Notes under the pieces: model-generated
Told to the model about the DNA's origin: nothing
The model's input: only the letters and a program-made list of their open reading frames with translations
Databases searched by the model: none
Assembly (NCBI GenBank): GCA_028534125.1
Contig: CM052838.1
Location: 52,204,001-52,268,000, forward strand
Reading direction: 5' to 3'
DNA: 64,000 bases
From: Lama glama
Lineage: Eukaryota
Translations under genes and position numbers: made by a program
Shown here: positions 12,750 through 23,200 of the stretch, piece after piece
Position numbering within the stretch: the stretch's first letter is position 1
How the letters are laid out: the number at the start of each line of letters is the position of its first letter

Positions 12750-13180
12750 AGTTTGCCCTGCAGACCCTAAGTCAACAATCTGAGTGCAAGTTTACCTGGG
12801 CGGTGATTCCAGAAAGAACTGGGAAGGGACTGGTGGGGCGAGACAGGGAGGGGAAGGGAGTTAGTACAAGATGTGCTAATGGGCAGATGACTTCTGTAGG
12901 CACTTGGGGTTTAGTGTCACTGGGGAACATCTGGGAGGCGGTGGAGAGGCCAGAAGAATGAAGAGCTCAGAAGAACCTCAGAAGGATGAAGAAGCTGTGC
13001 TATTTATTCACCAAATCCCGTCTGACATCTGTCTAGGGCTATTTCCAAAGCCTTAACTCCCTGGCTCTTCCAACCTGCTCTGCTAATGGGCAGAACACGA
13101 CCTGGTGGCCAGAGAAGCCCTCAGACAAAGAGTTGCATGAGCTTGTGATAGGAAGTCATTGATGCCCAGGGAAGTGGTAG
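12750..13180 (-). mobile_element. ERVL solo LTR (LTR16/LTR33-like)
   Basis: gcagaccctaag..tgagtgcaagtttacctgggcggtgattccag..gagacagggaggggaagg..tatttattcaccaaatcccg. Confidence 0.6.
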
Positions 13181-14444
13181 GGGCTGGGGGATTAGGGTGG
13201 GGCACCAGGGCTGTTTGCCTCCAAAGCCTTTGCTCTTTCTGCCATGGTCCCCAGGGTCTCACACCAACTGAAGGGACAGGCTTGTCGCCTAATGCCCACC
13301 CCACTACCTGTCCTGCAACCAGTTGTTACAGAAATCCTGTGCTATTTGTAAGACTTCCTGAAGTCTAAAGGCTTTGAGATCAAGTCCAGAAGGTTCTTCC
13401 CTTGGATGCTTCTGCAGTGTGTGTTTTCATGTGACGGGTTCTGTGTGACCCAGTGACATGCATCATACTTGAAATATTTCCACTGCTGACAAAATAAATC
13501 AGCTCTCCCCGCTGCAGCACTCAGCTTATTAGGGGAAAATGGAAAAGGGGCATTAAATATTAATGCTGCATATTTTCCTCTCCCTTGGCACCTTCTGTAC
13601 GGCTGATCACTGCCCAGCCAGAGCAGCCTTCTGTCTTTTTTCTCCTGATGACGATAGGGGACAGAAGAGATCTTTGACAAGGCAGTGAGGGACCAGAGTG
13701 TACAGTGGGGCTCCAACTGGCTTTTTAGGTTCCTCCTTGGGAGCATGCGTGTCTCTATCAGATGCCAAGGACTAGCGCATCCTGAGACTTCGTCTTGCCC
13801 CTCTGCTAGTTTGGCTTGGAAGTATTCCCAGTAAGGGGAGAGGGCAGTTTCTTGGAGGAAAGGTGGTTTCAGAGGAGGCAGTTTGGGAGAAATGAACCTT
13901 GGAGAAGCGGTTGATAAGTCCTGAGCTGACAGACAGAGGCGACCAGTGCCCTTGCCTCTGGGTTTGTTCATTCTCAGCAAACATTTGAAAATGTTAGCCC
14001 AGGCCATGGAGGTGTGTGTGGACAAGTTTTAGGCCTTGGAAAGAAATTCTCCCAGAGATGTTGGGGTTTCATTTGGCTAATTTGTGGAACACTGCACAAA
14101 AATCAAAAACTAATCCGTAAGAAATTCTCCTTTAGAATGCTGGGAAAGTGGATTTCTTAGGTTTTTTTCCAATTAATTTTTCATTACACAAGTAAGGCAT
14201 TAATCCAATTTTGTAAAAATTAAATCATTACACATAAGGCTGGAGTGGCTTTTCCACTCTCTTCCCGGGTCCTGATGCTCTGCTGCCACCTCGGAAGAAA
14301 GTGTTGGAAGGACCACTGCAAATGACCGTGGGGAGGGGCGCTGAGGTTTCTGTGTTGGTTTGTTTGTGAGGTAACCGGCTTTGTCCCTGGTGCTTCACAT
14401 CCGCCACTTCCCTGTGTCCCATTGCCATTTATGGCTGAGGATCT

Positions 14445-14535
14445 TGGACTGAGAGAGTTCGTGTCCTTTGTCAACAGCCCCATAGCCAGTCCATGTTAGA
14501 GGCAGCATTCGAACCCAGGGCTGACTCCCAAGGGC
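14445..14535 (-). mobile_element. MIR fragment
   Basis: atagccagtccatgttagaggcagcattcgaacccagg. Confidence 0.55.
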
Positions 14536-14549
14536 ATGGATGATAAGCC

Positions 14550-15320
14550 CAAACGTGCAACGTGCCCCTGAGGGAGCACCTTCCCTAATTTTGCTTAACT
14601 GGCGGCCCTTGTCTGAGAAAACCCGAGTCCGCATCCACGGAGGCGTCACCAGGGCCGCGCCGTCGGGGCGAGGCCCCTCTGCTGCCCTTCGCCGGGCGCT
14701 GGGAGGGCTACGACCTGGAGGGGCTGGGGGGCTGGCGGGGCGGGGGTGCCGGGGGAGGCTGCCGCTCGGGCGGGCGTGGGCCTCGGGGGACCCCGGCGGA
14801 GCCGGCAGCGATGTAGGTTAAATGAGCGTCCAAAGGCCGGCGCCGAGGAGAGATCATGGGAGGATATTATCCACGGCTGTTTACAAGTGAGAGTGAGGCC
14901 GTCCTTAGCGACTTTCTCGAGGAGGGAAGACACGTCCCTTGAGGGGAAATTAGGCAAATCGTGTGCCTGTTTGGGCCACGCAAGCTCAAATCCCCACCAG
15001 GGAGATTAACTTGTCACCGGCTTGGCTGTCACTTGCGCTCTTTTTGTGGCCTCCCGGGTTTCAGCGTCATCGCAGCCGCAAGGAGATGCGGAGGGACAAG
15101 CTCTCTGGCTCCGCACCGGCTCGGGGGGCCCCGGGCTTCACGGGCTTCACGGGCTGCCGCGCGGGCTGTTTCCACAAAGGATAGCAATAACTACCCCCTC
15201 TCCTGCACCTGTCAAAGCCTCCCTCACCCTTTAGGGCCCATAGGCTCCCCTCCCCTGAGCTGCTCGCTATCACGCCCGCTTCTCCTGAGCAGAATGAAGT
15301 CCTGTGACAGAGCGTGAGAT
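14550..15320. promoter_or_regulatory. CpG island (orphan; promoter- or enhancer-like)
   Basis: Sharp rise in GC and CpG relative to the flanks; GC box GGGGCGGGG (14737-14745), forkhead motif TGTTTAC (14878-14884), G-runs at 14700-14790. No recognisable coding exon. Confidence 0.8.
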
Positions 15321-15829
15321 TCCCTGGCTCCAGGAGGATTGCAGACCGTCCTGGAAAATACCGTTTGTGGTCAAGTAAATGTGGAAAATGCTCTTGCCAG
15401 TGCCCTGCCACAGGACTTCTCAGGGCTTCCAATGGGCTAATGTGCTGAATAACTCTCCTAGAGGGGGCTGACATCACTGCCCCTGAATCTTTGATCATGG
15501 AACCCTTTTCAGCATACAGCATCTGTTTGCAGAGCGTGGTGGCCCATTTCTCACCCGGTAAGGCCCACTGGCGTGGAGGGGAAAAGAGAACCCTAGAGCA
15601 GAGGAGATCTGGGGGAGCATGTCTTCCTTCCCTGACTGCTGCATGTCTGCCGCCCTCTACTTCCCCATCTCAAAGCACAGAGGACAGAACATCCTCCAGG
15701 ACTTGTTGAGAAGATTAAATGAGCTCTGGTTCTCCGTGCCCAGTGAGAGCATGTGCAATGTTGGACTCTTTCCCCTCCCTCCTGACCACAGTGTTGTACT
15801 CCCAGGGGGCCTCTGGGGGCTGACCTGCA

Positions 15830-15962
15830 CTGGTGCTGTTTTTGTATGCATTTGCCCTCCCCCACAAGGATGTGAGCTCCTTGAGGGCAGAGGCTGTGTC
15901 TTGTTCCTTTAGCCCCTTTATGTCTCAGCAAGGTGCCTGACTCCTAGAAGGTGCTGACACAC
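15830..15962 (+). mobile_element. L2 3' end
   Basis: gatgtgagctccttgagggcagaggctgtgtcttgttc..gtgcctgac..tagaaggtgct. Confidence 0.75.
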
Positions 15963-16139
15963 GGTCATTATGTTCATGTTGAAAGCTGTCACTTTTTCAA
16001 TTATGTGGAATCACAAATCTGTGGACCTCCTGAAAAGTTTTCAGGGTAGGGTGGGGCCTATAGATAAAATAATTAACCTGAGGAGAAGTGAGTCCTCTTT
16101 CATTTTTAAATTCACTGAAAGTTTGCTATGCATAAATTT

Positions 16140-16520
16140 TAAACATCGTTTTTTTCCTATAAAAGTAAGAGCTGCTCATTGTAGAAAGTTTGGAAAATAT
16201 AGAAAAGCATAAAGAAGAAAATTAAAATTACCCATAATCCCAACCACTGCTATTATTTTGATACATATCTCCTCAGCCTTTTGCCATTGACTTTGTGTGT
16301 ATGATAAATTTTATATAAACAAAAAATGGATCATTTTGTTCAAACTGATTTATAACCTGTTTTTTTCACTTAATATATAAATATTCTTTGACATCACTTT
16401 AAATGGCTGCCACATATTCTGTTATGTGGACATAACATGATTTATTTAATTAGCTCTTTATTTTGGTTGTTTCCATTCTTCTCTATCTATTGTAAACAAA
16501 GATGCAATGAACATCCATGT
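16140..16520 (-). mobile_element. Old L1 (L1ME-like) 3' end, antisense
   Basis: tgctcattgtagaaagtttggaaaatatagaaaagcataaagaagaaaattaaaattacccataatccca; ttttttcacttaatat. Confidence 0.75.
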
Positions 16521-16899
16521 AGAAATCCTTATCAAAATATCAATAGCATTTGCCACAGAACTGGACCAAAATAGTTAAAATTTGTAGAGAAATGCAAAGA
16601 CCTTGAATAGCCAAAACAATCTGGAGAAACAAGAATCAAGTTGGATGCACCATGTGCCCTGATTTTAAACTATACCACAAAGCTACAGTAATCAAAACAG
16701 TATGGTACTATAACAAAAACAGACTCAAAAATCAATGGAACAGAATGAAAAGCCCAGAAATAAACCTGTGCACATATGATCAATTAATCTATGACAAAGG
16801 AGGCAAGAATATATGATGGGGAAAAGACAGCTTCTTCAATGAATGGTGTTGGGAAAACTGGACAGCTACATGCAAAAGAATCAAAGTAGACCACTTTCT

Positions 16900-16902
<3 letters not shown>

Positions 16903-16940
<38 letters not shown>
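16903..16940. repeat. (AT)19 microsatellite inside L1
   Basis: Seen directly. Confidence 0.95.
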
Positions 16941-16946
<6 letters not shown>

Positions 16947-17200
16947 GTTATATATATAACCAAACTCAAAATGGATTAAATAATTAAATCTAAGACCTGA
17001 AGCCATAAAACTCCTAGAAGAAAACAGGCAGTGTGCTCTTTCACAATGACTTTAGCAATAAATTTTTGGATCTGTCCCCTCAGGAAAGTGCAGCAAAAGC
17101 AAAAATAAACAAATAGGACTACATCAAATTAAGAAGCTTTTGCTTAGTAAAGAAAACCATTAACAAACGAAAAGACAACCTACGAAATGGGAGAGGATAT

Positions 17201-17497
17201 TTGCAAATGATAAATCTGGTCAGAGGTCAATATCCAAAATATACAAAGAACTCACACAACTCAGAAAAAAATCTGATTAAAAAATGGGCAGAGGACCTAA
17301 ATAGACATTTCTTCAAGAAGGCTGTAAGATGGCCACACATGAAATGGTGCTCAACATCACTGATCATCAGGGAAATGCAAATCAAAATCACAGTGAGATA
17401 TCGCCTCACACCTGTCAGAATGGCTATTATCAAAAAGACCACAAATTACAAGTGTTGGCGAGAAAGTGGAGAAAAGGGAACCCTTGTGTACTCTTGA
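17201..17497 (+). pseudogene. L1 ORF2 C-terminal (cysteine-rich region) remnant
   Basis: IKKWAEDLNRHF..HMKWCSTSLIIREMQIKITVRYRLTPVRMAIIKK..KCWR..GEKGTL matches the L1 ORF2p C-terminus; flanked by stops and frameshifts. Confidence 0.9.
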
Positions 17498-17922
17498 TGG
17501 GAATATAAGTTGGTACAGCCACTTATGGAAAAAAGTGTGGAGGTCCCTCTAAAAATTAAAAATAGAACTACCAGACGATCCAGTAATTCCACTTTTAGAT
17601 ATTTACCTGAAGAAAACAAAAACATTAATTTGAAAAGATATATGCACCCCTGTGTTCATTAGTAGCATTATTCACAATAGCCAAGATATGGAATTGATAG
17701 ATGAATGGATAAAGAAGATGTGGTATATCAGGANNNNNNNNNNNNNNNNNNNNNNNNNNNNNNNNNNNNNNNNNNNNNNNNNNNNNNNNNNNNNNNNNNN
17801 NNNNNNNNNNNNNNNNNNNNNNNNNNNNNNNNNNNNNNNNNNNNNNNNNNNNNNNNNNNNNNNNNNNNNNNNNNNNNNNNNNNNNNNNNNNNNNNNNNNN
17901 NNNNNNNNNNNNNNNNNNNNNN

Positions 17923-18036
17923 CATTCTAAGTGAAGTAAACCAGAAAGAGAAAGAAAAATACCATATGAGATCGCTCATATGTGGAATCTAAAAAACAAA
18001 CAAACAAACAAAAACAAAGCGTAAATACAGGACAGA
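17923..18036 (+). mobile_element. Young lineage-specific L1 3' UTR (camelid-type), between N runs
   Basis: cattctaagtgaagtaaaccagaaagagaaagaaaaataccatatgagatcgctcatatgtggaatctaaaaaacaaacaaac; resembles recalled camelid L1. Confidence 0.75.
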
Positions 18037-20492
18037 NNNNNNNNNNNNNNNNNNNNNNNNNNNNNNNNNNNNNNNNNNNNNNNNNNNNNNNNNNNNNNNN
18101 NNNNNNNNNNNNNNNNNNNNNNNNNNNNNNNNNNNNNNNNNNNNNNNNNNNNNNNNNNNNNNNNNNNNNNNNNNNNNNNNNNNNNNNNNNNNNNNNNNNN
18201 NNNNNNNNNNNNNNNNNNNNNNNNNNNNNNNNNNNNNNNNNNNNNNNNNNNNNNNNNNNNNNNNNNNNNNNNNNNNNNNNNNNNNNNNNNNNNNNNNNNN
18301 NNNNNNNNNNNNNNNNNNNNNNNNNNNNNNNNNNNNNNNNNNNNNNNNNNNNNNNNNNNNNNNNNNNNNNNNNNNNNNNNNNNNNNNNNNNNNNNNNNNN
18401 NNNNNNNNNNNNNNNNNNNNNNNNNNNNNNNNNNNNNNNNNNNNNNNNNNNNNNNNNNNNNNNNNNNNNNNNNNNNNNNNNNNNNNNNNNNNNNNNNNNN
18501 NNNNNNNNNNNNNNNNNNNNNNNNNNNNNNNNNNNNGCCTCCATGCCAGCTTCATACGTAATCTGTGTATACAAAATGTCTGTGAATTTCACATTATTAT
18601 TTGGGACCCAATAATATCCTAGTTTAGAAGCTCATGCAAACTTTCATCCAAAGCCATCAAACAACTTTTAAAACAAATGTTAACCTTTCCCCTTGCAAAA
18701 TTCAAACATAATAAAACTTTTATTTGCCCTCAAAAATCAAAATTTCCATTTAAACTTACTCTCCCATTCCCTGCCCACTAACTTACTTCCCACACTCCCT
18801 AGCAGAAGTCTCTCTATGTAGGTAATTTCAGATAATTTCATAGGATTTAAATTTAACAGGAAAAAAATGAGTCCCATTCCTCCTGCCCAAATTGTGTTTC
18901 CAGGTCTGAGGGTATATCAGCCTCATCTTCCAAATCACGGATCATCCTCCAAAGTATTTAACTACAATCAATTTTTGAATTTTGAAATATGAGTTGATTT
19001 TCCTTACTTCCCCAAAGAAACAAGAAACGAAACAGAGCATACACACGCATATTCCAGGGGAGTTGGCGCTTCTTACTGTGAGCCACTTATCGTGATCCAA
19101 AAGATTTACTCAGAGGCATCATTAATTGGAACTTATTTCAGTGGAAGTTATTTCCCTTCATCTCATTACAGAAACAAAAGAAGATTATAGGCCAGGGATC
19201 CATGAGGTTTCAAGAGAGTCTACTGATGAATGAAGTTGGAAGCAGTTGACACACGGTCAGAGATGGTTAACATCCAGAAATTCTTACAAAGAAACAGCAA
19301 TTCTTTTCCATTAATCCCGCCTTGCCTCTTTGATCTTGAATGGTACCTCGGCTGCAAGTGAAGTGCAGACCTACCCAAGCATTAAAGGACCCCAAAGACC
19401 TTGCCTTGGAGAAGGGTTCTTCGAGAGCTTGGAAGATTAAAAAATAACAATGATAATAAAAACAAATAAATAAACAACAATTAAAAAAAAAACAAAACAT
19501 GTGAACATCAGAGAACTTGGTAGGAAGATTTTTAAGCTATTAGATCATAAATCTGCCGTTAGGACAAGCACATCTACATTAATAGGGAAGTGGATCAGGT
19601 AGGGCTTGGAGACCTTGGGTCACAGGTGCCTTTTCCTGTAAGATGAAGCAATTAGATGAAAGAGAGACTTGGAGAGAGTTGCAATTTGGGAGACACTTGA
19701 AGGATTTTTTTTAGCAGTTGACCTACTGATTTTTCTTTTGTCCTCTTTTTGTTTTTCCTATAGTTCTTAGAGCTTCTCTGAGGCTCTCAGAACTCCAGGA
19801 AGGAAGCGTGTGAAAGTTTAAGAGCCCCAACATTTGTGGCGACTATTTGAGATGCCAGAAAACGAGAAGGGGCTCAGGGCACATGTGCTCTCCGTTCTGT
19901 ATCCTCTTCTGACCCAACAGACTGAGCCCCAAATCTTTAAACATTCTTTTAATTCTGGAAGTGGCCTGAGGCCATTAAACATTCCTTTAATTCTGGGAAT
20001 GGGGGAAGAGGGGTGAATGTGGCTGTAGAGTGAGGGTGTTATCACCCAGCATGGCTGGTGGTCAGGCTTTGTGCTCAAAATTGCTCAATTAAAGAAATAA
20101 AAATGTAAGCTCTGTCGGGAAAAAATGCAAATAAGGTGGCTTGGGGTTAAGATCTTGAGTGGTTTTGTGGTTAAAATTATGCTCTTGTTTATGGGGGAAA
20201 TGGATTTTTTAAAAAATCTATATACAGTTGGGTAAATTAGGCAACCATCTATTATGTAATTGAGTAACAACATAATCCATCATCATGGCGAGGCAGGCTA
20301 GAGCCTTTGCAAATTTAGGGGACTTGTGCTTTTTCATTCTTCCTACTTTAGCTCTTAAAAAAGCAAGAGTTTTGGGGAGTTAAGCCCCTCTCTCTCTTTA
20401 CTTTCAGAAGGTGATAGCTAACAGTGCTTTCTTGCTTTCTGGAAGTCTTGGGAGATGGGGTGAGGCTGCAGGAGCTCCGGCAGGACCAGGGA

Positions 20493-20552
20493 GTGTGTGT
20501 GTCTGTGTCTGTGTCTGTGTCTGTGTCTGTGTCTGTGTCTGTGTCTGTGTGT
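20493..20552. repeat. (GT)n/(GTGTCT)n compound microsatellite
   Basis: Seen directly; about 8 hexamer units. Confidence 0.95.
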
Positions 20553-20604
20553 ATCCTTGCATGTGCATGCAGTCAGGCATATCCTAAAACCTATTTATAG
20601 AGGA

Positions 20605-21025
20605 TGTAGAGGGTGCTAGGGTGCACCCCCCGGATTCCTCTTTAGAACTGGGGTGCTTATCTATCACTCAGCTGCGGGCAGTGCTGGCTATTGGAGGTTC
20701 ATAGGCAGGAGCTGCCCTCAGCCAAAGGCAGCTGCTTGTTCGACTGTATGCCCCATCTCTGTGGTACCCTGGTTTGATGACTAGTCCTCGTCGGGTACGA
20801 AACCTTAGCCCCCTGCGTGGATTCAGGACAACACTGGGGGCTGTCCCGGCTCATGCGATCAGCAGAGGCCTCTGTTGTGACTGCACAGCTGCCCAACCTC
20901 TCCGTCTGCCCAGTCCCGCCTCCCTCCCCGCCTCCCGGTGTGGATGGGGGAGCATGCCCCAGTGAACCTCTCACACGCAAATCTCGGGGTCTAGGTCTGT
21001 TGTCCAGGGAAACTGCCCACTGACC
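20605..21025 (+). mobile_element. ERVL solo LTR (LTR16C-like)
   Basis: tgccctcagccaaaggcagctgc..ttcaggacaacactg..gaggcctctgttgtgactgca..cacgcaaatctc..gtctgttgtccagggaa. Confidence 0.75.
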
Positions 21026-21344
21026 CAATGTCTTCTCCTTTTGGTCTCAAGTGGGTGGAAAATGAGAATCAGCCAGTGTGCTGCAGATATACTGTTGTGT
21101 CAACACAAAGGTGGCTTGATTCCACGGTCAGTGATGCTTCTGGAAACGGGGCTGGTCTCCTTAGGACCCTGGGATTGCTGACTGCTGCAGAGCGGCTTCA
21201 CGGGGTTTGGGACATTGGGACATTGGGACATTTCCTTTTGTATGGCCCATTATCCTGCTTTTCAAATTCCACCTTTTTGCGACTCATTTCTCTTCACCTG
21301 AGGGCTTTTTGATTTGCTAGAGACTCCTGTTGCAGATCTCTTAA

Positions 21345-21500
21345 AGATGCAGTGTGGTTCTGGGGAGACACCCAGGTTCAAGGCCCGGCTCTGCCACTTG
21401 CCAGCTGTGTGATCTTGGAAATGACAGAACGCCTGTCTGGGCCTCGGAAGGTGGGGCTTCAGGGGTGAGAGCTGCCCACTTTAAGGAGCAGGTGTGAAGT
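21345..21500 (+). mobile_element. MIR SINE
   Basis: cccaggttcaaggcccggctctgccacttgccagctgtgtgatcttgga. Confidence 0.75.
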
Positions 21501-21598
21501 CTGAGGAACCCCGGGAAGGGCGGTAGGAGAAGCCCAGGCTGGGTGGGGAGGACAAGGCCTCAACACACACGTCAGTTAGCATCTTAGCTGGACCTTAA

Positions 21599-21646
21599 CA
21601 GCCAGGCCCAGCCAGGCCCAGCCAGGCCCAGCCAGACCCCGCCAGC
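21599..21646. repeat. 10-bp tandem repeat (GCCAGGCCCA)x3 plus degenerate copies
   Basis: Seen directly. Confidence 0.9.
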
Positions 21647-21679
21647 GAAGGGCTGGGAAGAGAGCTTACGAGGGGCCCT

Positions 21680-21895
21680 GGGTAGAACCTCTGATTTAGG
21701 GACCAGGCAGAATCGAGTTCAAGTCTCACCTTATCATCCATTTGGGCAAATTACTTAGCCTCCTTTGATTTGGTTTTCTTATGCATATATTAGTATAATT
21801 GTATTATGGGGTTGTTGGTGAAGAGAAAATGAAGGATTTTGGACAAAGTGTCCAGAGCATAGTTCATGACCTCAATCAATGCTGGCGTTTTTATT
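21680..21895 (+). mobile_element. MIR SINE
   Basis: gagttcaagtctc..ttgggcaaattacttagcctc..tcaatcaatgctggc. Confidence 0.65.
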
Positions 21896-22689
21896 AGCGG
21901 CAGAGTGGAGTGGACCCGCAGCTCTGTTGCTTACTTCAGGTTGAGCCTCAGCTTGCTTATCTGTAAAGTGCAGCAATGCCCCCTGTTTTATGTGGTGATT
22001 TTGGTGGCTAACAGGAATGCATACTAACGGATTCAGCTATTATTACTAATGTTGTTATTTTGAGGAAGTTTATCTTTGACTGAGGGCCCGATAAAGCAGC
22101 AAAACAATGGGCCAATGGAGTAGTTAAGTGGGTCATTACGTAGAGAGCGCTCCTGACGGAACGGGTCCCAGCTTTCTCACTGATGGTGGCAAGCTCCCCA
22201 GTGACTTCGCCTGCCAAGTGATTTGTTTCCTAGCAGAGAAATAATACATGGAACTTGGCCACCTTAGGCTGGAGTCTCGCTGTTTTCTGGGAACCACCTG
22301 ATGTCAGGATTTGCAAGCCGAGTGCCTGGTCCAGGACAGGGAGCTCTGCCAGGCCACAGACAATGGCTCCATTGGTCCCTCAGCTGGCGATGGCCATCGC
22401 CTTCACCAGGTGTCTGTGTAGGGGCTTTCAGGCATCATGTGACCATTCCTACTTAGATCTTCAGATAGAGTCTTGGGCCATTTCTGGGCATTGTGTCCCA
22501 TCCACAACTTTGCGGGGATATAAGAAAAATTATACTTTTAATACAAAAATACCCGGACAGGCCCACTTAATAACAAAGAAATCTGCCTTACCCCAAGGGA
22601 GGAAGCAGGCATTGTGGTCCACAGAGGGAGCGCTGGGCTAGGGGTCTGGCAGCCGGTCTCCGCTCTCTCTAGAGAGCTCTTGGCCCAGG

Positions 22690-23200
22690 GATTACCGGTT
22701 ACAAAGAAAAGAAGCTCCTTCAGTTAAGTTCAGATAAAAAACAGTAGTCTCATTGCAAATATTCAGGGGTAGCTCCTGGGACCCCGTTGTAGGAGGTTCA
22801 GCTTGACCTCACAGCAAGTGGGAAGTCACCGCCTGTCTCTGGCACCCAAGGAATCCTGTTTCCACAGCTCCCCGGACACTTGCTCAACTCTCCTCCCCGC
22901 GGGTGACTTTCCCTCCCAGGCCTGCTTTCTGCGCCTCCTTGCTTTGCCTGCCCATGGCTTTAGCTGACCTTGGCAATGATTCCAGACGTGACAGTCTTGA
23001 CTTCTCACAGCTCTTGGACACAGTGGAGATCAATGATCACTGTGTTTAAATATGGAGGAGAGAGAATTTGAATGGCTTAACTTGGATCAGGTAATAGCTC
23101 CTGATCCGATCAGCTGTGATCAGGGGAAATGGTCCCATGAGGCCATGGGCCATTCTTCCTGAAGCTGTGGACAGGCAGGCTCTCTAGGTATTGGATGTAG
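22690..23200 (-). mobile_element. Ancient MaLR LTR remnant (MLT1L/N-like)
   Basis: gagagagaatttgaatggcttaacttggatcaggt..cctgatccgatcagctgtgatcagggg. Confidence 0.45.

Larger units (their letters stand above)
16525..17733 (+). mobile_element. 5'-truncated LINE-1 (3' half of ORF2 to start of 3' UTR), frameshifted
   Basis: aaagctacagtaatcaaaacagtatggtac, tggtgttgggaaaactggacagctacatgcaaaagaat and related motifs; translation matches L1 ORF2. Confidence 0.95.

Noticed and set aside
13342-14025. Longest gap-free ORF (227 aa, minus strand)
   Set aside because: Non-ATG start, no recognisable domain, no supporting exon structure; ORFs of this length can occur by chance in GC-rich DNA.
14540-15522. 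Overlapping ORFs in the CpG island as a first coding exon
   Set aside because: Low-complexity Gly/Ala/Arg/Pro translations on both strands reflect stop-codon scarcity in GC-rich DNA; no recognisable protein.
17927-18614. Long ORFs spanning N runs (also 53-777, 43443-43949, 52639-52979, 58587-58919)
   Set aside because: Artefacts of translating N as X.
21599-21646. Short direct repeats as a CRISPR-like array (also tgggacat x3 at 21208-21231)
   Set aside because: Head-to-tail with no spacers, in eukaryotic DNA; simple slippage repeats.
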